Below, piece after piece: positions 44,738 to 52,915 of a DNA stretch of 55,666 nt; position 1 is the first letter of the stretch; each line of letters starts with the position of its first letter. The position numbers were made by a program, and so were the translations under genes. The stretch is from a virus. Taxonomy: Duplodnaviria; Caudoviricetes. The notes under the pieces were generated by a model. That model made no database searches and was not told the DNA's origin. It saw nothing but the letters and a program-made list of their open reading frames with translations. Location of the stretch: positions 1 through 55,666 of the IMG/VR virus record IMGVR_UViG_3300046791_000457; one strand, given 5' to 3'.

Positions 44738-44948
44738 GGCGCCCCTTGTCACGCGCCTGCGCGCGCTCGGCGGCCGTGTGGTAGCAGGTGCCGTATCGCC
44801 GTTCTCGGTACACGCTTCGATAGCAGATCGGGCACTGTTCTTCCCCGTCGCTGATCCAAGGGTCAGCGATGAAGAAAAGCAGCAAAATGCAGCCCCAGCC
44901 GATGGCTATCTTGATCAGGCAGTCGACCCAACCGCCTGGCTCAACCAC
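44730..44948 (-). CDS. Small membrane protein with CxxC
   Basis: TM segment IAIGWGCILLLFFIA; CPIC. Start uncertain. Confidence 0.45.
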   Translation of the reverse strand: MVEPGGWVDCLIKIAIGWGCILLLFFIADPWISDGEEQCPICYRSVYRERRYGTCYHTAAERAQARDKGRHG

Positions 44949-45303
44949 GGCCACCCCCGAGCGGTCGCTCGAGCCCGTGCTGCTCGAAGAGGTCGTCGAT
45001 GGCGGCGGCCACGTCCGCGGTCAGGTCGCGCCAGCCATCGTCGGTCAGCTTCGAGCCGCCCAGGTCCGACACCACCTGCGCGATCCGGCCCCTCGTTTCC
45101 CTCAGGACCCGAGCCCGGTTCCAGCGCTCCTCGGCGCCGCTCTCGCTCCAGGCCTTCCGCTCCGCGGCGTACCGCTTGCAGTCGTCGCAGGCGCAGTCGC
45201 TCCAAGGGCCGCGGCAGCCGGGGCCCATGAAAGCGATCGGCGGGTGGTCGGGATGGCGGGAGTCCGCGCCCGCGCCGAGCACGAGAAGAGTGGGCTCAGC
45301 CAT
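44941..45303 (-). CDS. Hypothetical protein
   Basis: Coupled ORF with a Cys cluster. Confidence 0.5.
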   Translation of the reverse strand: MAEPTLLVLGAGADSRHPDHPPIAFMGPGCRGPWSDCACDDCKRYAAERKAWSESGAEERWNRARVLRETRGRIAQVVSDLGGSKLTDDGWRDLTADVAAAIDDLFEQHGLERPLGGGRG

Positions 45304-45499
45304 GTCCCACCCACCCAGCCGCTCGAAGCGCGGCCTGCAGGCGGCACCAGCGACGGCGCGCGGCTTCGATGCTCCGGTCGTGCCCGGCGTCCATCGTGAC
45401 CCCGCAGCTCCAGCAGGACACGGTAGCGGGCGTGTCGTGGAAGCCGCCGGTGTACGGGCGTTCGTTTGCGACGCCGCCGCAAGCGCAGGGCTCGGTCAT
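45296..45499 (-). CDS. Lar-family-like (restriction alleviation) Zn-finger protein
   Basis: PCACGG...VSCWSCG...AARRRW pattern. Confidence 0.55.
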   Translation of the reverse strand: MTEPCACGGVANERPYTGGFHDTPATVSCWSCGVTMDAGHDRSIEAARRRWCRLQAALRAAGWVGHG

Positions 45500-46086
45500 A
45501 TGGCGCCCCCGAGCGTCCGGAGCTGGGCGTCACCCCGAAGGTAGAGCGGGTGTCCGGGGTGCCCGTTCTTCGTGACGTGCCAGGCCTGCCACCGCCCGGA
45601 CAGCGCGCGGACCTGGGCGATACCCGTTCGGAGTGACTTCCATTTTGGTGGTCCCCATCCGGCGACCAGCGGCAGGTCGAGCGGCGCGGTGCCTCGGACG
45701 AACCGCTCGACCACCTCGAGGTTGAGCGGCCCGACCACATCCTCGCCACGCTGGACCGCCTCGAGCATCTCGCGCGGGTCGGTGGCCCGGAAGGCGAACG
45801 GGTTGATCAGCACCAGGGCACCGAAGCCGTCGCGGTGCGCGAAGCCGATGGCCTTGCGCACCGTCGGGTCGTCGAGGTCGTGGCGCGCGCAGCTGGGGTT
45901 GTGAAGGCACGCCACCAGCGGATCCGCGTCGCTCCAGCGCCGGCCGAGCGCGTAGCGGAAGCGACCGCATCGCGAGAAGGCGGCCCACGACTCGCCGTCG
46001 CCCGGGATGCTCAGGTCGAGCCCGTCGAGCACGCGCCGCTCGTCGTTCCGAAAACGAGGAAGCGGGAACCCGGGTAGGAAGCTCAC
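45496..46086 (-). CDS. DUF1643 protein
   Basis: FSRCGRFRYALGRRW, LHNPS, DDPTVRK, NPFAFRATDP and TKNGHPGHPLY motifs. Confidence 0.88.
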   Translation of the reverse strand: MSFLPGFPLPRFRNDERRVLDGLDLSIPGDGESWAAFSRCGRFRYALGRRWSDADPLVACLHNPSCARHDLDDPTVRKAIGFAHRDGFGALVLINPFAFRATDPREMLEAVQRGEDVVGPLNLEVVERFVRGTAPLDLPLVAGWGPPKWKSLRTGIAQVRALSGRWQAWHVTKNGHPGHPLYLRGDAQLRTLGGAI

Positions 46087-46164
46087 CGGCGCCCCTCGCT
46101 TTCGGGCTCACCGGCCGCTTGGACACACTCGTTGCCACACCGATACGAGTTGTCTCTATTTCTC

Positions 46165-46190
46165 TGGTGGAGGCGGCGGGAGTCGAACCC
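46165..46190 (-). mobile_element. attP core, a copy of a tmRNA (ssrA) 3' end
   Basis: Minus strand reads GGGTTCGACTCCCGCCGCCTCCACCA (T-loop, acceptor strand giving G3.U70, CCA), about 60 bp from the integrase stop; the 5' half of the RNA is absent. Confidence 0.85.
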
Positions 46191-46252
46191 TGGTCCGTTT
46201 CGGGATCCTGACGAAAACAGAGGAAACCTTGCCTTATGTCCAGTGCCAGTTT

Positions 46253-47692
46253 TCATGTGTTTTCCTGTGGGTCGGGGGTACCCGTGCGAAGTCCGGACAC
46301 ACCGGAGTGTCCGGCTGCCGCGATCCGCAAACGGTCGTACACGGCCACAACCTCCGTCCGCTTCTCGCCGTTCGGATAGGCCTCATATCGGTACACATCC
46401 AGTGCCGAGACTCCGGCCTCGAGCGCGACGTCTTTGTGGGTCAGGCCAGCGCCCTCCCGGAGCTCGCGCAGCTCGGCCGAGGCGGCGCTCTGCAGGTGCA
46501 CCTGCTCGGGCGGTGGCGGCGCCTTCCAGTCCACCCGGAGCACCTCGTTGCACAGGGTCTGCCATTCGATGGTGGTGTAGGCGTCGAGCACCACGTCCGC
46601 GACCGCCCGGTGGGTCAGCTTGCGCACGATGGCCTGGTCGATCGCCTGGTTGCGGTTGGCGCTGATCAGGGTCCGGCGCGCGTCGTGGATGCGGCGGTGC
46701 CTGAGCCCGGCGGCGGGCAGGTCCCAGCGCTGCCACTGCTTGTAGATCTCGTTGTGGCTGATATCGACCTTGCCCTGGGCCAGGCGCAGCTCGCTGATAG
46801 TCGGGAACATGAGGTCCTCCGCCGTCGGGGAGCGCCGGTGGTAGAGCGCCCACCCGGTGTCCACCCACCAGTCAAGCCAGCGCTGCAGGTCGGGGTGCAC
46901 CGGCACGATCCGGACTTCCTTGCCCTTGTGGCGGCCCCGCTTGGCGGCGATGTGCTGCAGGCTGCGCAGGGGTGACGCCGTGCGGTTGTAGTCGCCGATC
47001 TTCAGCTTCAGCACCTCGACGGTCACGCGGCCGCCGGCCATGAACAGGGTCGCGTAGATCATCCGGCGGTAGGCCGGGATGGTGGTGCACCCCAGCAAGA
47101 CGGGCAGCTCCGCAGGCGTAAAGACGGCGGTGGCGCGCCAGTTCGGATCGGCGTCCGCCGGCGGGGGCAGGTGCCCGCGCTTGGCGGTCAGGGCCGGCGG
47201 GATGGCCGGGACGAGCTCGTCCTCGAGGGCCTCGATCAGGATGGCGCGCAGGGTGTTGTGGATGTTGCGGATCGTGCGGCCGGCGAGCTTGCCTTCCTTC
47301 TCGAGCAGCTCGAAGGCGTTGCGGATCACCTTGAACCGCACGACCTCCACGAGGGGCATTTTCGGGAACATCGCCGCCAGGTGGTTGTCGACGTGCCCGC
47401 GCTCGTCTTTGTCGGCGCCCTTCACCCCGCGCTCGACGCGCCGGCGGATGACTTCGCGCGCGAAGGTCTCGAACAGGTGGGCCGAGGTCTTGCGGTCCCG
47501 GGGATGCACCCAGGTCCCGGCCTCCTGCTGACGCTTGGTCTGCACCGCGAAGTCGTGCGCCTCGCGCTTGCCCCCGCCCGGGCAGGGCTCGCGCACGCGC
47601 ACGCCGCTCACCCGGTAGACGAGCCAGTAGCTCGGCTTGCGACCGGGCTTGTCCTTGTTGCGGTCGTAGACTGTGGGGAGCTTGACGTTCAC
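46253..47692 (-). CDS. int: Tyrosine integrase with C-terminal XRE-like HTH
   Basis: GGR...HDARR...LTH...AY catalytic residues; tail LRELREGAGLTHKDVALEAGVSALDVYRYE; GTG at 47692 overlaps the xis stop. Confidence 0.9.
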   Translation of the reverse strand: MNVKLPTVYDRNKDKPGRKPSYWLVYRVSGVRVREPCPGGGKREAHDFAVQTKRQQEAGTWVHPRDRKTSAHLFETFAREVIRRRVERGVKGADKDERGHVDNHLAAMFPKMPLVEVVRFKVIRNAFELLEKEGKLAGRTIRNIHNTLRAILIEALEDELVPAIPPALTAKRGHLPPPADADPNWRATAVFTPAELPVLLGCTTIPAYRRMIYATLFMAGGRVTVEVLKLKIGDYNRTASPLRSLQHIAAKRGRHKGKEVRIVPVHPDLQRWLDWWVDTGWALYHRRSPTAEDLMFPTISELRLAQGKVDISHNEIYKQWQRWDLPAAGLRHRRIHDARRTLISANRNQAIDQAIVRKLTHRAVADVVLDAYTTIEWQTLCNEVLRVDWKAPPPPEQVHLQSAASAELRELREGAGLTHKDVALEAGVSALDVYRYEAYPNGEKRTEVVAVYDRLRIAAAGHSGVSGLRTGTPDPQENT

Positions 47693-47886
47693 GGCTTGCT
47701 CGGCGTCCGATCTCTCAGCCACGCCACCACCAGGTCGTACTCGAATCGGTTGTTGCGCTGGCTCAGCTTGTGGTGCGGGCAGCCTTGCGCGACGTAGTTC
47801 GAGATCGTGCGTCTGGTGACCCTGAGCCGGAGAGCGAGCTCTTCGGTGGTCATCCAGGGCTCGATTGCCTTTGCGGGTTCACTCAT
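47689..47886 (-). CDS. xis: Excisionase-like HTH protein
   Basis: WMTTEELALRLRVTRRTISNYVAQGCP...RFEYDLVVAWL, directly upstream of int. Confidence 0.8.
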   Translation of the reverse strand: MSEPAKAIEPWMTTEELALRLRVTRRTISNYVAQGCPHHKLSQRNNRFEYDLVVAWLRDRTPSKP

Positions 47887-48227
47887 GGGGTGGGTCCTTT
47901 CTCGGCGATGGTCTCGGTCGCTGAACACTTCGGACACGTCAGAGGGTGCCGCTCGATGAACAGCGGTCCGAGATTCCACGTGCAGTTGTTGCCGGCGTGG
48001 TAGGTGTGCGCGACGCCCCATCTCCAGCGACGCGTCAGGGACATCCACAGCGCAGTCCGATTCTGGTCGTGCTCCCACCCGCGTTCCGGACGATGAAACT
48101 GGTAGCGGAGTTCCACCGCGAGGAACCCGCCGAACCAGAAGGAAAGCACCCGGCGCCACTTGCGCGCCGGCGCTCCTGGCCACGGTCGCGCGGGGAGGCG
48201 CTTGGTGATGGTGAGTTCGATCGTCAT
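47883..48227 (-). CDS. Hypothetical protein
   Basis: ATGA-coupled chain. Confidence 0.55.
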   Translation of the reverse strand: MTIELTITKRLPARPWPGAPARKWRRVLSFWFGGFLAVELRYQFHRPERGWEHDQNRTALWMSLTRRWRWGVAHTYHAGNNCTWNLGPLFIERHPLTCPKCSATETIAEKGPTP

Positions 48228-48436
48228 GGTGCGGCCTCGCCCTTCTCAAACTCGCCGCACCAGTCCGTCCGGACCGTTCGGACGGTGGGTAGCCGGCGCC
48301 TGCACGCGGTGACGACGCCTGCCTCGACGTACGTCTCCACGAAACCGAACCATCGGTGCCCCACCACCTGCTCGCGGCGGTAGTAGCTGTGGAAATACTT
48401 GCAGCTCCCACAGCAGTCGCCGGCCGCGCGCGTCAT
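48224..48436 (-). CDS. Small Cys-rich protein
   Basis: CGSCKYF...CRR...DWCGEF. Confidence 0.6.
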   Translation of the reverse strand: MTRAAGDCCGSCKYFHSYYRREQVVGHRWFGFVETYVEAGVVTACRRRLPTVRTVRTDWCGEFEKGEAAP

Positions 48437-48903
48437 TTTGTCGACTCCAGTGGGACGCGTCGGCGCCCCCTTTGGTAGTCACGGTACGGGTCACGGCAGA
48501 ACTTCCCGTCGCTGTCGACGGCGTGCACACGGTACTCGGGGATGTCGAGTCCAGCCGCGAGCTCCTGGCCCTCGTCGAGCAGCGTGGCGAGCTTGCGCTG
48601 CCACACTGGTGGCATCGACTGCAGGACTGACCGGGGCACCACCAGGTAGGCCGCATAGGTCAGCCCGAAGAACAGGTGAATCGCCTGGTCGTCCTCGGCG
48701 TACTTGTCGGCGATGACGTGGGGCGCGCGCAGTTCGTCGATCTTGGCCTGCAGCATGGCGCAGAAGTCGGCGTTCTCCGCGGCATCCTCATCCTCTTCGA
48801 TGGCCCCTACGGCTACGAGCATGTCGGACGCGCGCAGCAGCCGGAGCCGGGCCTGCTCCAGGAGATGCACCGTGCTCGCGAGCACTCCCTCCGCATCACT
48901 CAT
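48433..48903 (-). CDS. Conserved-looking phage hypothetical protein
   Basis: FGLTYAAYLVVPRSVLQSMPPVWQ...DPYRDYQRGRRR. Confidence 0.6.
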   Translation of the reverse strand: MSDAEGVLASTVHLLEQARLRLLRASDMLVAVGAIEEDEDAAENADFCAMLQAKIDELRAPHVIADKYAEDDQAIHLFFGLTYAAYLVVPRSVLQSMPPVWQRKLATLLDEGQELAAGLDIPEYRVHAVDSDGKFCRDPYRDYQRGRRRVPLESTK

Positions 48904-49054
48904 CGCAGTACGCGCCTTCCTGCCGCATGGCATAGTCGCACTTCAGCTTGCGTCGCTCCGCCGGCTCGCCCGAGTCACACGCGCGCAAAACGAGGCACGC
49001 GAGCGCTGCGCACAGCGCGGCGAAGATCGCGAGCTTTAGGGCGCGGGCGGTCAC
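48896..49054 (-). CDS. 52-aa membrane/lipoprotein-like peptide (not in ORF track)
   Basis: MTARALKLAIFAALCAALACLVLRACDSGE...; overlaps both neighbours (GTGA and ATGAGTGA). Confidence 0.55.
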   Translation of the reverse strand: MTARALKLAIFAALCAALACLVLRACDSGEPAERRKLKCDYAMRQEGAYCDE

Positions 49055-49302
49055 GCGTCACCTTTCGAAGTGATGATGCCGCCCTCGAGCCGGATCGCCA
49101 GGTCCTGCAGCACCTTGGCGAGGTCCGACCGGTCGGTGTTGCCGACGTACGCAAGCTGGCTCTTGTCGCCGAACTCGAAGATCACGAACGCGAAGCCGAG
49201 TCGCTTGCCGCTGTTCCGCTCCTTCAGCAACAAGTCGAGCGCGGGCGCCAGCTCGCCGACGATGCCCTCGAGCTTCTTCCGCCTCTCCATCTCGTCAGCC
49301 AT
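49051..49302 (-). CDS. Hypothetical protein
   Basis: GGAGG RBS; LGFAFVIFEFG...YVGNTDRSD. Confidence 0.6.
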   Translation of the reverse strand: MADEMERRKKLEGIVGELAPALDLLLKERNSGKRLGFAFVIFEFGDKSQLAYVGNTDRSDLAKVLQDLAIRLEGGIITSKGDA

Positions 49303-49654
49303 GGCGCACCTCCAACTTGGTGCCCATCTCGCGGGCCACCTGCTGCAGCGCCTGCAGCGCTCCACCGCAGCGCTCAGCGGGCGCGGTGCGATGCTGGTTC
49401 AGATTCGTCCACCGCGTGAACACTCGGTGCACGGCCTGCTCCCAGCGCCCGGCGATCTTGTTGTCGCCGCTCTGGTAGCTCGCGAGCTCGGCGATCAGGG
49501 GCCGCAGTGCCTCGTCGAAGCGCTTGGCCACATCGCAGGCAATCGGTGGGTCGTAGATGCACCCGGGCTTGGGCTGGACCCAGCCTCGGCACTGCGTGCA
49601 CGCACACAGGCGCATGCCGGCTGTCACGTCCTCCGCGGCCCGCTCGTTAGCCAT
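49295..49654 (-). CDS. Hypothetical protein
   Basis: GGAGG RBS; flanked by 23-nt direct repeats. Confidence 0.55.
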   Translation of the reverse strand: MANERAAEDVTAGMRLCACTQCRGWVQPKPGCIYDPPIACDVAKRFDEALRPLIAELASYQSGDNKIAGRWEQAVHRVFTRWTNLNQHRTAPAERCGGALQALQQVAREMGTKLEVRHG

Positions 49655-50738
49655 GGCGCACCTCCGGAAACTGCCGCACGCGCAGCGGCTCAGGGAACTC
49701 GGCCATGTCACCGCCCTTGCGGTTGATCGGGTGCCACTGGCGCTCGACGGTGCCGTCCTCGGTGATGCGCCCGGCAAACACGTTGGGACGATCGGCGCCG
49801 CCCCCGATCCGTTCCTCGTCGCGACCGCGATTCTCGACCACGGTGCGCCCGAGCTGCTTCACGAAGACCGCACAGCGGGTGTCCTCGCACTGGCGCACGA
49901 TGTCGCGAATCCACTCGACGTTGCAGGGCCTTGCCCCGTTGCCGCTCTCACCGCCGCAGATGATCCAGTCGAGCTCCGCGGGGAAGTCGCTGTGGTTCAC
50001 GAATCCGGGGGCCACAGCGCCGGGCTGTCCCTCACCGGTCCAGTACCCGCCCCGCAGCACGTCTACGCGGTGCTTGCCCGGCCATTGGATGTGGGTGAAG
50101 TCGATCGGACCGAGGAGTGGCTCGGCCGACACGAAGTGCACCGCCGCCGGGAGCTCGAGCAGAACCGGGATGCGCTTGTCGGCCTGCTCCTGGTTCTCGG
50201 CGCTCACGCCCAGCCAGACGTTGGGGAGGATATAGGGCAGCGACGACTCGCCCATCTCGTCGTCGAAGTGGTCGTACAGCTTGGCCGCCAGGGCGCCTGG
50301 CAACACCTCATCCGCCGCGCCGGCCGCCTTCATCAGGTCCCCGTCCCACCACTCGAAGAACTCCCGCGCCCGCTCCGGTCGCTTCGTGAGCACCTGGTGG
50401 GTGTGCTGCGGCGTCGCCGCCATCACTCCGAAGCACGCGGCGATCATCTCGAACGGCACCCAGTCACCGAACAGGTCGGTCATGTCGCACCAGAACCACT
50501 TCGTCGGGGTGCGGCGCCGCATCACCTCCGCCAGCCTATTCCCATCCAGGTAGGTCTCGACGTCCTGGCCGCGCTGCTCCTGGAACACCGGCATCCGGAA
50601 CCGCGGCTGTGTCCTCGAGCTGTAGCAATTCTTGCAGCCCGGACTGATCTTCACGCAGTGGTGCCCGACGTTCTCGCCGATGCGCGCGCGGATCGGGTTG
50701 ATGCTGCGGTCGGTCCACTCGATTGATGTCTTACCCAT
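49647..50738 (-). CDS. DUF5131 (phage Gp37/Gp68) radical-SAM-like protein
   Basis: TSIEWTD...CVKISPGCKNCY (CX6CX2C), MTDLF, LTKRPER, NVWLGVSAENQ, SAEPLLGP, WIICGGESG and FVKQLG motifs. Confidence 0.9.
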   Translation of the reverse strand: MGKTSIEWTDRSINPIRARIGENVGHHCVKISPGCKNCYSSRTQPRFRMPVFQEQRGQDVETYLDGNRLAEVMRRRTPTKWFWCDMTDLFGDWVPFEMIAACFGVMAATPQHTHQVLTKRPERAREFFEWWDGDLMKAAGAADEVLPGALAAKLYDHFDDEMGESSLPYILPNVWLGVSAENQEQADKRIPVLLELPAAVHFVSAEPLLGPIDFTHIQWPGKHRVDVLRGGYWTGEGQPGAVAPGFVNHSDFPAELDWIICGGESGNGARPCNVEWIRDIVRQCEDTRCAVFVKQLGRTVVENRGRDEERIGGGADRPNVFAGRITEDGTVERQWHPINRKGGDMAEFPEPLRVRQFPEVRHG

Positions 50739-50928
50739 CCGCCGGCTCCTTCTTGGGCTTCCACTTCTCGTGCTCCTCCACCCGTTTCTCGAAGTCCCGG
50801 CGCACATCGTCGAGCTGGTCCGCCAGCAGCGACTTCTCGCGCGACTCGCGGCGCAGCTCACCGGCGCGCCAGCGCAGCTCCTCGACCCAGTCGGTCGTGA
50901 TGTGCTCGATCTTGCCCATGTCACCCAT
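50731..50928 (-). CDS. Hypothetical protein
   Basis: GGAGG RBS; coupled. Confidence 0.5.
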   Translation of the reverse strand: MGDMGKIEHITTDWVEELRWRAGELRRESREKSLLADQLDDVRRDFEKRVEEHEKWKPKKEPADG

Positions 50929-51442
50929 GGGGCACCTCCGCCTGCGCGAGCGCCACCAGCGCGGCGGCGAGGTCCGCCCGAAGCTTTTCGGCCGCCTTGA
51001 CGGCCCCGCTCTGGCTGATCATGGCGTCGTCTGGGACCACTGCGCGAACGAGTTCGAAGGTCAGCCGCTGCCACTCGCGCGACCCATCCTCAAGCTTGCC
51101 GACTTGGACGACCAGCGCCTCTATCCGCTGCCGCGCGGCGTCGAGTTCGTCGGCGTACTTCCGCGCCGCGTATCCGGCCAGGGCGCGCCCGAAGCTGACA
51201 CCCTGCTGCCTGCAGGCTTCGACGTTCTGGTCGGCCACCGACTCGGCGCGCTGGCAGCGCCGGTTCAGCCGGGCGATGGTCTCTCGGGCCTGCTTGAGCT
51301 CGGCCTCGGCGGCTTCGGTTGCGCGCACCTTCGCGCACACACGGCGGTAGGCACGTGGCGACATGAACTTCTGTTCCATGTGAGTCGCGATCAGCTCGGC
51401 CCACATCTCGTCATCGGTGAAGTCGTCGGGGATGCCGATCAT
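50921..51442 (-). CDS. Hypothetical coiled-coil protein
   Basis: ATGA-coupled. Confidence 0.55.
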   Translation of the reverse strand: MIGIPDDFTDDEMWAELIATHMEQKFMSPRAYRRVCAKVRATEAAEAELKQARETIARLNRRCQRAESVADQNVEACRQQGVSFGRALAGYAARKYADELDAARQRIEALVVQVGKLEDGSREWQRLTFELVRAVVPDDAMISQSGAVKAAEKLRADLAAALVALAQAEVPHG

Positions 51443-52011
51443 GGGCGGTCCCCGAGCCGCTCGAACTGGTAGAGCCAGCACCACACGTCCTTCGGCTTGC
51501 CCGGGTGCAGCGCCTCCCAGAAGTCATTGAACGTCGCGCCCGGGTAGTCGGGGTCATCGGCCGGGAGCGGAAAGCCCTCGCTGCGGATCTCCTCTGGGGT
51601 CAGGTCGCACGGCCGGCAGGGCTTGACCGAGCGCACTTCAGCCCGGCAGCGCGCGGCCCAGCGCGGCATGTGAATGCCGGGCTTCCACGGACCGCCGGCG
51701 CACTCGTCTTGGTCGGCGCGGAAGTGCACCGTCGAGTCCATGTCCGGCCCGAACCCGCCGCCATGCCTGAACGTCTCCCGGAACCAGATCGTGTGCCGGG
51801 GCAGGATGCGCGGCGCGAGATCGTCGTCGTCGATCAGGCCATGGACTTGGGCCACGCTCGCGCCGGGCAGCGCGCCAGTCAGCCACCCCGGCACCAGGTC
51901 GCTAGTCGAGTTGCGCTCGGTGATCGGGCGCATCGTGCAGGTCTTGTCGCCGCGCAGGAACGCGCGGACCATGGGACCGCTCAGCAGCAGGCCGTGGTCG
52001 GTGCAGGTCAT
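51439..52011 (-). CDS. ASCH-like phage protein
   Basis: PMVRAFLRGDKTCTMR, WFRETF, WKPGIHMPRWAAR and FWEAL...VWCWLYQF motifs. Confidence 0.75.
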   Translation of the reverse strand: MTCTDHGLLLSGPMVRAFLRGDKTCTMRPITERNSTSDLVPGWLTGALPGASVAQVHGLIDDDDLAPRILPRHTIWFRETFRHGGGFGPDMDSTVHFRADQDECAGGPWKPGIHMPRWAARCRAEVRSVKPCRPCDLTPEEIRSEGFPLPADDPDYPGATFNDFWEALHPGKPKDVWCWLYQFERLGDRP

Positions 52012-52358
52012 GGAGAAGACGCCTCAGCCTCGAGCTCGTCGTCCCATGCCTTGGCGGGGCAGTCGGGCGAGCAGCCGGGATACACGGTGGTGCACGCATC
52101 GACGTGGTCGGGGCGCACGGTGATCTCGAAGTGCCGCTCGAGCGGCATGAGCTTGGCTTCAGCCGCCGCGAGCTGGGCCCGTAGCTCCTCCACTTCTCGG
52201 AGCTTGTCCTGCCACTCGGCAACGGTCGGGCGCGTGGCGTAGACGGCGAGGTCGCTCTCGTAGCCATCGATCACCTCGATGACGGCCGGCGGATCGACCG
52301 CGACGCCTTCGTGGAGGCGCCTCAGCAGCTTCTCTCGCTTGGTGGGCGGTGCGTTCAT
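52008..52358 (-). CDS. Hypothetical protein
   Basis: ATGA-coupled. Confidence 0.5.
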   Translation of the reverse strand: MNAPPTKREKLLRRLHEGVAVDPPAVIEVIDGYESDLAVYATRPTVAEWQDKLREVEELRAQLAAAEAKLMPLERHFEITVRPDHVDACTTVYPGCSPDCPAKAWDDELEAEASSP

Positions 52359-52915
52359 GGGGCTGACCCCTTCCGGGTCTGTCTGGCGTACTCGCGGATC
52401 CCCGCGACGATCGACTGGGCGATCCAGTTCCTGATAGAGGGCGGCGGCGTCACCCCGTCGCCGTTCAGGCGCGCGTTGAACGCCGCGGTGACGATGCGCT
52501 CGACGTCGAGCCCCTCGGCCTCGTCACCCTGTTCCAGGGTCGGTGGCCCGCCCCGGTACAATCCGATGAGCCTCGACTGCTCGGCCAGATACGCCAGGAT
52601 CGCGCGCTTGGCGCCGGGCACCGTCCGGTCGTGCTTCAAGTCGATGCTGAGGCTGTTCTCGCCGAACTCGGTCGAGTTCGCGGTCCTGGTGAGCGCGGTG
52701 ATGTAGATGCGGGCCACCTCGCGGCGGGTGTCGCTCCACACCAGCTTCGTGACGAACTCCGAGTCGTCCCACTCCATGCCTTCCGGAGCGGGCACTGCGG
52801 GCGCGTCGACGCACGCCCAGCTGCAGTACGTGTAGCTTCCGATGGCCTGGGCGGGCTTCCCGCACACCGGGCACATGCGGCGCTTGCCGGTATCGGGGTC
52901 GATGATGCGGCTCAC
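52355..52915 (-). CDS. Hypothetical protein with N-terminal Zn finger
   Basis: CPVCGK...YCSWAC; GTGA-coupled to the MTase gene. Confidence 0.55.
   Translation of the reverse strand: MSRIIDPDTGKRRMCPVCGKPAQAIGSYTYCSWACVDAPAVPAPEGMEWDDSEFVTKLVWSDTRREVARIYITALTRTANSTEFGENSLSIDLKHDRTVPGAKRAILAYLAEQSRLIGLYRGGPPTLEQGDEAEGLDVERIVTAAFNARLNGDGVTPPPSIRNWIAQSIVAGIREYARQTRKGSAP

Noticed and set aside
46165-46260. Complete tRNA or tmRNA gene
   Set aside because: Only the 3' T-loop, acceptor strand and CCA are present. No matching 5' acceptor strand is found upstream and the T-stem is broken, so it is interpreted as attP.
46165-46260. Mx8-style attP inside the integrase gene
   Set aside because: The core lies about 60 bp beyond the int stop codon, so integration would not alter the Int C-terminus.
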